The notes below the pieces were generated by a model. The model was not told where the DNA came from and did not search any database. It saw only the letters and a list, made by a program, of their open reading frames with translations. Source: a virus. From it: a DNA stretch of 64,000 nucleotides. The first letter of the stretch is position 1. The number at the start of each line of letters is the position of its first letter. The stretch is from positions 5,887 to 69,886 of the IMG/VR virus record IMGVR_UViG_3300006753_004675; one strand, given 5' to 3'. Positions 41,737 through 50,606 of this stretch are shown here, piece by piece. Position numbers and translations under genes: made by a program.

Positions 41737-41791
41737 AATAATTGCACATAAAAACGCTACCGTGTAGGATATTTATCTACAGGTGCATCTT

Positions 41792-42175
41792 ATGTCAGTA
41801 GAAGAAAACAAGATAAGAGAAGCTGTACGGGCTCTTTTAGAACAAGACACAGATCTTCGTCTCAATAGAGATCTTGTCAATGTTACACTCAGACTTATAA
41901 TGGAACCAGAGGCACATGTTCCTGATACACTTACGCGAATAAGAGTTTTGCCAACAGTATCTGTTGTTGGACAAAAGGAGCCTGTAGAGAGAACACCAAA
42001 GGGTAGCACATTTTTAGTCATATATGTAAAATTTCTTCCTTCGACAGGAGACAATTATAAAAATGTTTTGCATCTTGGAAAGCTAATAAAGTCTCTTCCT
42101 GGAATAAAGATAGTACGTGTTCTTTCTATAGGCGGGAGACCGACGCTGTATAAGGGTGAACCAATAGTTATATGA
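41792..42175 (+). CDS. Hypothetical protein with leader
   Basis: EENKIREAVRALLE; ATATTTAT at 41769. Confidence 0.6.
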   Translation: MSVEENKIREAVRALLEQDTDLRLNRDLVNVTLRLIMEPEAHVPDTLTRIRVLPTVSVVGQKEPVERTPKGSTFLVIYVKFLPSTGDNYKNVLHLGKLIKSLPGIKIVRVLSIGGRPTLYKGEPIVI

Positions 42176-42402
42176 GTGTTAAAAAGCCCAGATCAAAGAG
42201 GGCGACAATAGCCGCAACGTATAGGGCAGATTTAGGCCTTATTCTTAGCTGGCTTAAATTAAACAAGGCAATAACAGCACATGGAGAAATTAGAGCGCTA
42301 AGAAATGATTCATATGCTGTAAGTGTAAAATCAAAAGTAAACAAAGCGTCTCTTAATGATCTTGTAAAAGACAAGTTTGGTATTTTTGCAAAGGTTATTT
42401 AA
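42172..42402 (+). CDS. Small basic hypothetical protein
   Basis: ATGA overlap. Confidence 0.5.
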   Translation: MSVKKPRSKRATIAATYRADLGLILSWLKLNKAITAHGEIRALRNDSYAVSVKSKVNKASLNDLVKDKFGIFAKVI

Positions 42403-42409
42403 ATTTTCG

Positions 42410-42437
42410 TGTAAACTATTGCTAGCTGATATATAAT
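42410..42437 (+). promoter_or_regulatory. TGTAAA-N16-TATAAT putative promoter
   Basis: Repeated intergenic motif. Confidence 0.6.
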
Positions 42438-42476
42438 AAATCATAATCCTATAAATCATCTTGAGAAGGAGATTCA

Positions 42477-42734
42477 ATGAGAAAGAATAGGATGGAAGAC
42501 CTTGCAGTGATGCCTGATGATGAGTTTTTTTCACTGCTTTATAAAACAAAGAGAAGCGTATCAAGCGCACAGAGAAAGCTAGACAGGACACATCATAAAG
42601 ATGATAAGTCTTATCTAGATGATCTTGAAGTAGAGATGTGCTACATTCAACGTGAAGCAGAGGTGCGTGAAAAAAGAAGGGAGATGCATACAGAGTATCT
42701 TTCATCTTTGCGTAAAAAGTTTGCAGTCGCTTAA
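42477..42734 (+). CDS. Hypothetical protein
   Basis: AAGGAG RBS. Confidence 0.6.
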   Translation: MRKNRMEDLAVMPDDEFFSLLYKTKRSVSSAQRKLDRTHHKDDKSYLDDLEVEMCYIQREAEVREKRREMHTEYLSSLRKKFAVA

Positions 42735-42795
42735 TTTTTTTCCTTTCCTTTTAAAAAACAGTGTCTATATTAATAACGACAACTAGGAGAATAGT

Positions 42796-43560
42796 TTGAA
42801 AAGCTCAATTGATGCTTATTTTAAAGATGTTGGCAGAACTTCACTGCTTACTAGAGAACAAGAGGTCTCTCTTTCTAAGAGAATTGAAAAAGGAGATCTC
42901 GTAGCTAGAAGTGTTATGATTGAATCAAATCTTCGTCTTGCAATAAGCATAGCGAAAAGATACTATAAGAGCGGATGCTCTATGGAGGATTTAATCCAAG
43001 AATCAAATATTGGCCTAATTAAGGCAGTTGAAAAATTTGATTGGAGAAGAGGGTTCAAGTTTTCAACATACGCTAGCTGGTGGATCAAGCAGTCTGTGTG
43101 TCGTCACATCAGCTCTCATAGAAACACTGTAAAGGTTCCAGCTCACACAAATAGTCTATCTCTTAAAATATCGAGACTAAGAGATGAGTACAAGAAGGAA
43201 TTTAGACAAGAGCCTAGTATATCTGAAATATCTGAAATCTTGAGCGTTACAGAAAATATGGTCAAGGCCAGCTTAAGCTCTATTAAGTTTCAAAATATAC
43301 TATCTGTAGACGGAGCGATGGGCAGAGGTGATAATAGTAGAACTATCTTAGAAACCATTGCAGATGATGACTTTCCAGATCTTGATGAAATGATTGATAG
43401 GGAAAAGATGGTTAAGGTGATATCATCATCGCTATCACGCCTTACAAAGAGAGAAGAACAGGTTATGAGGCTTAGATTTGGTCTTTGTGAAATAGATGAT
43501 GAAGAAGAGTTTGTCTTGGATGAAGAAGAATTAGGAATCATTTTAAAGGGAGCACTATAA
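42796..43560 (+). CDS. RpoD/SigA-family sigma factor lacking regions 1.1 and 4.2
   Basis: LLTREQE, NLRLAISIAKRY, DLIQESNIGLIKAVEKFD, KFSTYASWWIKQ, RE..V.RLRFGL then stop; AGGAG RBS, TTG start. Confidence 0.9.
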   Translation: MKSSIDAYFKDVGRTSLLTREQEVSLSKRIEKGDLVARSVMIESNLRLAISIAKRYYKSGCSMEDLIQESNIGLIKAVEKFDWRRGFKFSTYASWWIKQSVCRHISSHRNTVKVPAHTNSLSLKISRLRDEYKKEFRQEPSISEISEILSVTENMVKASLSSIKFQNILSVDGAMGRGDNSRTILETIADDDFPDLDEMIDREKMVKVISSSLSRLTKREEQVMRLRFGLCEIDDEEEFVLDEEELGIILKGAL

Positions 43561-43561
43561 T

Positions 43562-43849
43562 ATGTCAATGCCAAAGGGACATAAGTCTAGACATGGGTAT
43601 GCAACGGTAGCGTCAATAGAGGGCGGATTCGGATATAGAGAGATAGCAGAGCACATGTCGGAGAAAGGAATCAAAATGAATCACTCTACAGCTCGAAACA
43701 TCTTTCTGTCAGCTATGAGGAAGATAGCAAGGGATGCGTGTCTGTTCTATGATATAGAACCTACAAAGGAGAATCTTAAGAAGGTATCATCTGATCCTAG
43801 ATTTCAATCTGGAATTATTGACTTCTTACAGGATAGTAATGTTCGATAA
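43562..43849 (+). CDS. HTH protein resembling sigma region 4.2
   Basis: GYREIAEHMS...MNHSTARNIFLSAMRKIA; starts 1 nt after the sigma stop. Confidence 0.55.
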   Translation: MSMPKGHKSRHGYATVASIEGGFGYREIAEHMSEKGIKMNHSTARNIFLSAMRKIARDACLFYDIEPTKENLKKVSSDPRFQSGIIDFLQDSNVR

Positions 43850-44135
43850 CATTTTTCAAGGTCTTTTCGGCCTTGCGTGTGAAACAAAATTGCTAGAGGC
43901 TTGTGAATGGGACGAAGATAGAGCTCAGATTGTATCTGAGCTTTTTTCTAAAACACTTGAAGAGATGTCTGAAGGTGAAGACTTAAAGTCACTAGATGAT
44001 GTAAGTGATAAAATTAGATCAAAATTAGAGGGTTCGATGTCTGAAAACGAAATAGTTATATTGTTAGAGATATTATCGGACAGTATAGATCATTTTGTGA
44101 CTTTTAGCGGGCAAGAAGAAAAGTATGACAATTAA
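43839..44135 (+). CDS. Hypothetical acidic protein
   Basis: Coupled ORF. Confidence 0.5.
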   Translation: MFDNIFQGLFGLACETKLLEACEWDEDRAQIVSELFSKTLEEMSEGEDLKSLDDVSDKIRSKLEGSMSENEIVILLEILSDSIDHFVTFSGQEEKYDN

Positions 44136-44164
44136 ATTTTTCTTCGATGCACTAAGGATTAATA

Positions 44165-44386
44165 ATGGAAGATCGGAGAGATTTAGAGAAAAATAAACTG
44201 CCAGGTTGTCTTGTAAGAAACATAAGAGATGATGCTGTTGGGGTTGTTGTTTGTAAAGATAACCCCCATAGTGATTATTGGAAAGTCCTCTCTGAGGGAG
44301 AGATAGTTTCCTGGTTTGAAACAAATATTGTGGGAATCGACGATGAGCAATTCAACGGAATTGATGTTAGACATATTTCTAGATGA
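44165..44386 (+). CDS. Small SH3-like hypothetical protein
   Basis: G.LV....GVVV....WKVL..GE..W pattern. Confidence 0.45.
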   Translation: MEDRRDLEKNKLPGCLVRNIRDDAVGVVVCKDNPHSDYWKVLSEGEIVSWFETNIVGIDDEQFNGIDVRHISR

Positions 44387-44588
44387 AGAAACTGAGACAG
44401 TAGTAATAACAATTGGAAGAGCGACATTTGCACTGGACATGAGTGAGTTTATGGAGCTGTGCAGTGAAATAGATGCTGTAAGAGACGAGGTGGTTAGAAA
44501 TTCAGGCATCGTTAAGAAGTATAGCTCTGTCGGTGCGTTTGGAAGCTTATTCTTTAAGTCACAATCAATTGATGACGATGTAAATTAA
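44343..44588 (+). CDS. Hypothetical protein
   Basis: ORF tiling. Confidence 0.45.
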   Translation: MSNSTELMLDIFLDEETETVVITIGRATFALDMSEFMELCSEIDAVRDEVVRNSGIVKKYSSVGAFGSLFFKSQSIDDDVN

Positions 44589-44668
44589 TCTAATATTTAC
44601 TATATCAGAAAATGAAATAAATTACTGTTGATGACCCATATTTATTACATGAGACTTAGGAGTTAATA

Positions 44669-45145
44669 GTGGCACTTAAAAATTTTCAAGGGCAAGGACC
44701 AAACTGGGTCGGCTCATATCAAACAGCTGGGACACCATATGTCACAAGCTCTAATGCAACGGGAACAACAGCGGGCCCTAACAGAATTCAATTTCCATAT
44801 GTCACAAAGACATTAACGGTTCGAAATCACGGAGCCGTAGATCTACGAGTCGCTTTTTCAATGTCTGGATCTTATGCAGTTGGAGAGACAGTAAAGGGCG
44901 GTCAGACAAAACCTCAGAGCTCTGCTACAAACGACCAAGGAAATAACTTTTTTACTCTTCCTGCAATAGCGGCAACCGTTGCTCCGTCTCAGGTAACACT
45001 TGATGTAAGGTGCAAGGAGATTTTCCTCATGTCAGCTCACAGTACAACTGAGACAGCATATAGCTTATACGCAGGTCTTACTGGAATTTCCACAGATCAG
45101 TTCCCAGTCTTATCAGCCAGTAATGAATTTAAGGGAATCGGATAA
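44669..45145 (+). CDS. Putative virion structural protein (beta-rich, Gly/Ser/Thr-rich)
   Basis: Composition; ATATTTAT box at 44638; AGGAG RBS. Confidence 0.5.
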   Translation: MALKNFQGQGPNWVGSYQTAGTPYVTSSNATGTTAGPNRIQFPYVTKTLTVRNHGAVDLRVAFSMSGSYAVGETVKGGQTKPQSSATNDQGNNFFTLPAIAATVAPSQVTLDVRCKEIFLMSAHSTTETAYSLYAGLTGISTDQFPVLSASNEFKGIG

Positions 45146-45146
45146 T

Positions 45147-45365
45147 ATGCCAGTGTCTGAAAATGTACGAGAGCTTGTTGAAAAATTAACAAGCGTAGAG
45201 AATGAGTTAAAGCTACTTCAAGATGATAGAAGGGAGCTTCTCTTAGAATATAAAGATAAAATTGATATGAAGGCGTTTAGAGCGGCGTGGTCTATAGCTA
45301 AGCGACGTGAGGGCGTTAACGAAATAGAATTAGATAATATCTTAGATATCATAAGGGAAAACTAA
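45147..45365 (+). CDS. GapR/DUF2312-like small DNA-binding protein
   Basis: VRELVEKL..VENE.K.L..D.RE...EYK..ID.KA.R....I.KR pattern. Confidence 0.55.
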   Translation: MPVSENVRELVEKLTSVENELKLLQDDRRELLLEYKDKIDMKAFRAAWSIAKRREGVNEIELDNILDIIREN

Positions 45366-45371
45366 GATGCT

Positions 45372-45578
45372 ATGCGCCGAGGCTCTCTAATAAAGATATC
45401 TGAATCAGGAATGTTATCTGCTGGCATAGATTCGCAGATGCCTAATCTTGGTGTAGTTGTTGATTCAGATGACATCTTTTTAAGACTGGCAGAGATTCCT
45501 GGAAAGGAAAAATGCTGGAAGGTTTTAATCAATAAAAAGATTGAAACATTTTATGAGCAAGACCTTACAATCTTATAG
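45372..45578 (+). CDS. Small SH3-like hypothetical protein
   Basis: G.L.K..GVVV..WKVL pattern similar to 44165. Confidence 0.45.
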   Translation: MRRGSLIKISESGMLSAGIDSQMPNLGVVVDSDDIFLRLAEIPGKEKCWKVLINKKIETFYEQDLTIL

Positions 45579-45585
45579 ATTAATT

Positions 45586-46074
45586 ATGAAAAATAAAAAG
45601 ACAGTAGCCGTGAGCGGTGGATTTGATCCTATTCATGCTGGACATGTTAGGATGATTTTGGATGCATCCAAGCTGGGTGATGTCGTAGTGATAATAAACA
45701 GTGATGAGTGGCTCTCAAGAAAAAAGGGATATGTTTTCATGCCCTGGGATGAGAGAGCTGAAATCGTTAAAGGCATCAGAGGAGTGACTAGAGTCGTTCA
45801 TGCAACAGATGACGATGAAACAGTTTGTGAAACTCTTAAAGATTTAAAGAGAGATATCGATTTAGATATATTTGCAAACGGTGGAGATAGAATTGTTACA
45901 AATACACCAGAGATGAATGTTTGTGAAGATCTGGGAATAGAGATGGTGTGGAACTGTGGTGGGTCTAAGATTCAAAGCAGTTCTGAATTAGTTAACAAAA
46001 GGGTTTGGAGCCAAGACGGACTCTGGAATAAGACTCATAAAAAATCAAAGACAAAAACAGGAGATATAAAATGA
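45586..46074 (+). CDS. Cytidylyltransferase (RfaE domain II / TagD-like)
   Basis: SGGFDPIHAGH, NSDEWL.RKKG, ER, NGGDR, K.QSSS. Confidence 0.85.
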   Translation: MKNKKTVAVSGGFDPIHAGHVRMILDASKLGDVVVIINSDEWLSRKKGYVFMPWDERAEIVKGIRGVTRVVHATDDDETVCETLKDLKRDIDLDIFANGGDRIVTNTPEMNVCEDLGIEMVWNCGGSKIQSSSELVNKRVWSQDGLWNKTHKKSKTKTGDIK

Positions 46075-46328
46075 ACTTAGGAAGACTTGTGTTAGTCGAG
46101 AACTCAGCTCATAGAGGTGATTCTCACTATAATCAATTAACATTTGTTAAAAAAAATGGAGTAGTTGAGCAGGTGTTATTCACAGATAGAGAGCTTAATG
46201 TTGCAAGAGACAGAGCAGTAAAAAACTTTAATGATGTATCAGGTGTTAGTTGGCTGGATCGAATAGCTGCATTTAAGATTAGTGTTTTTTCAAAGCTTCT
46301 TTCCGTATGGGCAAAATTTCGTGCCTAA
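46071..46328 (+). CDS. Hypothetical protein
   Basis: AGGAG RBS, ATGA overlap. Confidence 0.5.
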   Translation: MNLGRLVLVENSAHRGDSHYNQLTFVKKNGVVEQVLFTDRELNVARDRAVKNFNDVSGVSWLDRIAAFKISVFSKLLSVWAKFRA

Positions 46329-46731
46329 TGTGTGGAGTGATCCATCGATACTTAAATGCATCAAGAACCCAGCATCAGCTGGCTATGAGATAAAGATCAA
46401 GTGCCCAGAGATAACCTTCGAGGGTGTTCGCAGCCAGCCTGATTTTGCATCGTTATTCATAACATTTTTCCCCAATAAAGATGTTGTTGAGCTTAAGTCT
46501 CTTAAGGAATATTTCTATCAGTTTAGAAGTAAAACATTCTCTTATGAAAGACTTGTGAATGTAATTTATAAAGATATGATGTCAGTTTATAAACCCACTA
46601 GGTTGAGACTTGTTATGATTTGTAACGCTCGAGGAGGGATCAGTAGCAAGCTAACGATAGATTCAGACTGGTCAATCCGAGGTGGAAAGGAAGAGTTTCG
46701 TGACTGGCTCGGGCAGGAAGATGAGTGGTAA
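46321..46731 (+). CDS. QueF-like T-fold protein lacking the catalytic Cys
   Basis: PEITFEG...QPDFA, VELKSLKEY...FR, SYE, RGGI. Confidence 0.75.
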   Translation: MPNVWSDPSILKCIKNPASAGYEIKIKCPEITFEGVRSQPDFASLFITFFPNKDVVELKSLKEYFYQFRSKTFSYERLVNVIYKDMMSVYKPTRLRLVMICNARGGISSKLTIDSDWSIRGGKEEFRDWLGQEDEW

Positions 46732-46749
46732 TCATTAATATTTATTATT

Positions 46750-47010
46750 ATGGATCAGCGTAATAAGCTTTATTACATGTGCCCTGAGTGTTCAGCTTCT
46801 GTTGTTTGGTCACTTATAAGTGGGAAAAATGGAGCTTCATCTAGAATAATATGCACAAACAATCCTGAAGTTTCTAAAGCCGACTGGAACAAGCACAAGG
46901 CAGTTTTTTGTTTCTGGATTGGTGTAGCTGTTAGACAGAGAGACGGTAGTGTAAGGTTATTTGACAGAGATGGAATAAGTCACATTAAAGGGGTCTTTCG
47001 AAATACCTAA
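46750..47010 (+). CDS. Putative zinc-binding hypothetical protein
   Basis: CPEC..C..C; ATATTTAT box at 46738. Confidence 0.5.
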   Translation: MDQRNKLYYMCPECSASVVWSLISGKNGASSRIICTNNPEVSKADWNKHKAVFCFWIGVAVRQRDGSVRLFDRDGISHIKGVFRNT

Positions 47011-47021
47011 TACTTAATTGT

Positions 47022-47396
47022 ATGGGAAGACGTAGAAAAAAACTATGGAGCAAGAGATCTATATATGAAACTTCTGAAGGTAAAAAAGTTTCAATGGATA
47101 GCACGTGGGAAGTCGCAATGGCAAAGAGGCTCGATGATTTAGGGGTGAGGTGGGTTAGAGATGATACACTCAAGCTATCGTACTTAACACGGGGCAGGCG
47201 CAAAAGAAAATATATTCCTGATTTCTATTTGCCAGAGTATGACCTCTATATTGAAGTTAAGGGTTACTGGACTGATGCGGCACGCCACAAGATGAAAGAT
47301 GTCCAGAAGAGGAATCCTGTCAAGATTCTCATAGTGGAATCTCTATCAGAGATATCAGATGTAAATCTTGAAATCTTGAAATATACTTCACGATAG
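47022..47396 (+). CDS. PD-(D/E)xK endonuclease (T7 endonuclease I/TnsA-like)
   Basis: DSTWE...A..LD, YIPDFYL, YIEVKGY. Confidence 0.8.
   Translation: MGRRRKKLWSKRSIYETSEGKKVSMDSTWEVAMAKRLDDLGVRWVRDDTLKLSYLTRGRRKRKYIPDFYLPEYDLYIEVKGYWTDAARHKMKDVQKRNPVKILIVESLSEISDVNLEILKYTSR
47360..47387 (+). promoter_or_regulatory. TGTAAA-N16-TATACT putative promoter of tRNA-Thr
   Basis: Motif ends 11 nt before the tRNA 5' end. Confidence 0.6.
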
Positions 47397-47398
47397 AC

Positions 47399-47471
47399 GC
47401 CATTGTAGCTCAGTTGGTAGAGCAGTGCTCTTGTAAAGCACCGGTCGGAGGTTCGAGTCCTCTCAATGGCT
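47399..47471 (+). tRNA. tRNA-Thr(UGU), CCA not fully encoded
   Basis: GCCATTG/CAATGGC acceptor, GTGCT-CT TGT AA-AGCAC anticodon arm, GGTTCGAGTCC T arm. Confidence 0.95.
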
Positions 47472-47511
47472 CCGCACCTATAATTTTTATAGAGCTTAGA
47501 TATAATGATAC

Positions 47512-47901
47512 ATGAAACTTATATTTTTTGGAATGTTTGGTCTCTTTTTGGAGATAATATTTACATCATTTCGTAATCTTATATGCAACAAGGATGTATC
47601 TTTGATAGGGCATACGTCACTGTGGATGTTTCCTGTCTATGCTATTGGACTAACATTTGGGTTAGACTTTATTAGATCCTTGATATTGACAGATGTTATT
47701 AGATGGGCTTCCTATCCTATATGGATATGGACTGTTGAGATCATTTTTGGATCATTACTATTAATTTTCGGTATCAGGGCATGGGATTATCACTATCTAC
47801 AGGATAAGTTTCATTGGAGAGGATTAATAAGCTATGTTCATGCTCCTGTCTGGATCATGTTTGGCTTAATGGTGGAGACAATAGATGGAAAATTATTTTA
47901 G
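47512..47901 (+). CDS. Membrane protein (DUF1113/TMEM229-like)
   Basis: GHTSLWMFPVY, E...G, WDY, G.I. Confidence 0.65.
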   Translation: MKLIFFGMFGLFLEIIFTSFRNLICNKDVSLIGHTSLWMFPVYAIGLTFGLDFIRSLILTDVIRWASYPIWIWTVEIIFGSLLLIFGIRAWDYHYLQDKFHWRGLISYVHAPVWIMFGLMVETIDGKLF

Positions 47902-47966
47902 CTGCATATTAGTTTTTTATACATTTGAGAAAAATCATGTATAATTCTCTCTTATACGAGAAATAT

Positions 47967-48182
47967 ATGAAGCCAATAATACTAACTTCACTTTTACTAT
48001 TAGGGACAATTGACGCTATAGAGGATAAAATAGCAGTAGTTGAAATAACTGATAGCGACCACGGTGTAATCACAACAACACTTCCCACCTCAATATTCCC
48101 ATGCCAGATTTCTGAGGGAGACATGTTCTATTTTGAGTATTCAAATGGTGTTACGGAAATTAGGTGTGGAGATCCAGAATAG
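47967..48182 (+). CDS. Small hypothetical protein (DUF3006-like)
   Basis: ID.IE..IAVVE, P....EGD. Confidence 0.5.
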   Translation: MKPIILTSLLLLGTIDAIEDKIAVVEITDSDHGVITTTLPTSIFPCQISEGDMFYFEYSNGVTEIRCGDPE

Positions 48183-48226
48183 CTGTTGCTTATATACAAT
48201 GACATAAATTTGCAGTACATTTCTTT

Positions 48227-48619
48227 ATGAAGAAATTTTTAATTGTTTTTTCTATTTTAATGTGTGGGTGCTCCACACATAATCTCAAGTTCAATTCCAC
48301 AAGCAGCCTTTGCCTTGATGGAATGTTTGCTAATTTTATAGATGCAAGATGCAAAGACGTCAGAGAGAATGGATCTTGGGGAAAATATACTGATGAAGAT
48401 ACACTGGCTTGGGAATTTCAATGTGTAGAGCCCAGGGTTGAAACAGAGTGGACATCTATAAGATATATCATTGTTCAACCCGGAGCAGGTGTCACTGATA
48501 GATCTCTTATGCCTATATGTGGAGATATGTCAGTTATTGTTTTAACTCCTCATGTGAGTCTTGGAAGTGAGTTTGATGATACAAATTCATCAAGCTCTTC
48601 GCCAAGGAGAGGAAGATGA
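48227..48619 (+). CDS. Putative lipoprotein
   Basis: MKK + hydrophobic stretch + CGC lipobox-like. Confidence 0.55.
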   Translation: MKKFLIVFSILMCGCSTHNLKFNSTSSLCLDGMFANFIDARCKDVRENGSWGKYTDEDTLAWEFQCVEPRVETEWTSIRYIIVQPGAGVTDRSLMPICGDMSVIVLTPHVSLGSEFDDTNSSSSSPRRGR

Positions 48620-49440
48620 GGCGTAAAAAGTTTAACGCTCTCTTAGAAAATGATGATGAGTTTGGTCTTCCGTTAAAATTAGTAAAAAAATATTTTGATC
48701 CATATTATATTGAACGATCAGTAAAGATAGAAAATAATTCGATAAACTTTAAGCGGTATGCGTGTGGGTATGTCATGGGAAATGGGCTTCAGCATAGATC
48801 AGCTATGCTTGACTTTTGTTCTGATTTTGGTGTTCCAGATGATTGTTATAAATTTGTGGATCAAAAGTGCAAAGAGATGGGAACTAATTCTGTTCACTTT
48901 GGAGCTGGTTCACAGAAAAAGGGCGATAAGACATTTTATAAAGCTTATTTGGGACACGCAGAAGAGAATAAATTTGATCGACAAGAATTTGCATATGAGT
49001 GGGAAAGTGGATCAGGTGACTATTTTTCAAGAAAATATTTGACAAAGACAGACTTAGAAAAAGAAGAATTTTCAATTCTAATTGAAACAACATTTAATAA
49101 TTATGAAATGATAGAATACTCTAATAATATCTTAAACGATGCCTTCAAAAGTGTGGAAAAAATAACAAGCTTCATTTGTCTGGGAGATCATGATGACGAT
49201 AGAGCAACAGCTGGAATCAAGCTGTATGATACAGACCGCCAGGTCTCATCAGTTCAATCTAATCTACGGCCCATATTTGAAGAGTTTGGATTATCATGGA
49301 ATCAGTTGATGCAATTAAGCCACGGAGAGTTTAACTCTCTAAGAGCACACTGGGTTACGTGGGGAATAGATAGGGACAAAAATAAATTTTTAAACATCTA
49401 TGTAGATGGAAAACATGAGAAAAACTATGAAAAAAAATGA
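48616..49440 (+). CDS. Hypothetical protein
   Basis: 274-aa ORF; KFNALLE leader-like start. Confidence 0.6.
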   Translation: MRRKKFNALLENDDEFGLPLKLVKKYFDPYYIERSVKIENNSINFKRYACGYVMGNGLQHRSAMLDFCSDFGVPDDCYKFVDQKCKEMGTNSVHFGAGSQKKGDKTFYKAYLGHAEENKFDRQEFAYEWESGSGDYFSRKYLTKTDLEKEEFSILIETTFNNYEMIEYSNNILNDAFKSVEKITSFICLGDHDDDRATAGIKLYDTDRQVSSVQSNLRPIFEEFGLSWNQLMQLSHGEFNSLRAHWVTWGIDRDKNKFLNIYVDGKHEKNYEKK

Positions 49441-49624
49441 TATAGATAAATTAGTAAGCTTAAGAGCATTTGTAATACACCAGTACAATAGGCTAGATGG
49501 AAGATTAAATCCGTCCGGTGCTGTTATGAAACAAATAGATGCAGCTTTGACCTATGAGGAAATAGTGAAGAAGCTAGATTTAGTTCTTTCTGAGCACGTA
49601 TCTTTTGAAAAAGATAGCAAATGA
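49427..49624 (+). CDS. Small hypothetical protein
   Basis: Coupled ORF. Confidence 0.5.
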   Translation: MKKNDIDKLVSLRAFVIHQYNRLDGRLNPSGAVMKQIDAALTYEEIVKKLDLVLSEHVSFEKDSK

Positions 49625-49694
49625 TCTAGCATAGCGCTATTGCGCTTGATGAAATCATAATTTCTCACCTATGTATTATTGGGTGAGAAGTTTT

Positions 49695-50597
49695 ATGATG
49701 TCGCAATTGTGTAGCTTCGTTAAAGAAATAGCAGCTTTATCTTTATTGATACTGCTGCCGCTTTCTTTGTCTTGTCAAGGCGATGTGATGATAGCTGATA
49801 AGAGCGAGACTCGCGTTGTTGTTGATTCGTTTGTTCAAGTAGATATGATCGACGAGCTAGACATTCTTGTAGTTGTAGACACGTCTGGGTCAATGAGAGA
49901 TAACTTTGACGATGTCGGACTTGGGATGGAGACGCTCAGAATAGATATTGAGAATTTAACTTTAGATTATCAATTTGGATTTATCACCGCCGACCCGACT
50001 AATTCTTCATTTGTGGGACCCTATAGTTCAACATCATCTTCAATTGATATCTTATTAGCTGCTTCATTATTAAATAATACATTTTATGAAGAGGGATTTG
50101 CTGCCACACACGAATTTTTAAGATCAGAAGCTGGTCTATCTTTTTCAAGACCACAATCCGATTTCTTGTTATTTCTTATATCAGATGAAGACGAGCAAAG
50201 TAGTATTTCTTCAGAACTATTTCAAGAGTTTTTACAATCTGAGTTCTCTGAAGTCAATCATGATGTTGTAGCTATAACAACTATTATGGATGGGCTGTGC
50301 GGACATTCATATGATATTGGGTGGAAATATACAGAATTAGCTAGCCTATACGGAAAAAATTCAATCGATATATGCGGAGATTGGACCGTCTGGTTATCAG
50401 AATCTTCTTTTATAACTCAGCAAAAAGACCATATTGATTTAAGTGAGTCTGATCCCATTGTAAGTTCAATTGTCGTGTATGTTGATAACAGCTTCACATA
50501 TGAGTGGGAGTACATAGAAGAATTTAATAGAGTTCAACTTGATTCAGTTCCTGATTACGGATCTCTTATCGAGGTGGGATACAAGGTAAACATATAG
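49695..50597 (+). CDS. vWA-domain lipoprotein
   Basis: LSC lipobox; DILVVVDTSGSM MIDAS; SDEDEQS; start uncertain. Confidence 0.75.
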   Translation: MMSQLCSFVKEIAALSLLILLPLSLSCQGDVMIADKSETRVVVDSFVQVDMIDELDILVVVDTSGSMRDNFDDVGLGMETLRIDIENLTLDYQFGFITADPTNSSFVGPYSSTSSSIDILLAASLLNNTFYEEGFAATHEFLRSEAGLSFSRPQSDFLLFLISDEDEQSSISSELFQEFLQSEFSEVNHDVVAITTIMDGLCGHSYDIGWKYTELASLYGKNSIDICGDWTVWLSESSFITQQKDHIDLSESDPIVSSIVVYVDNSFTYEWEYIEEFNRVQLDSVPDYGSLIEVGYKVNI

Positions 50598-50606
50598 GAG
50601 GATCAT

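Noticed and set aside
47022-47396. Homing endonuclease or transposon TnsA next to tRNA-Thr
   Set aside because: No intron, terminal repeats or partner transposase; kept as a stand-alone PD-(D/E)xK nuclease
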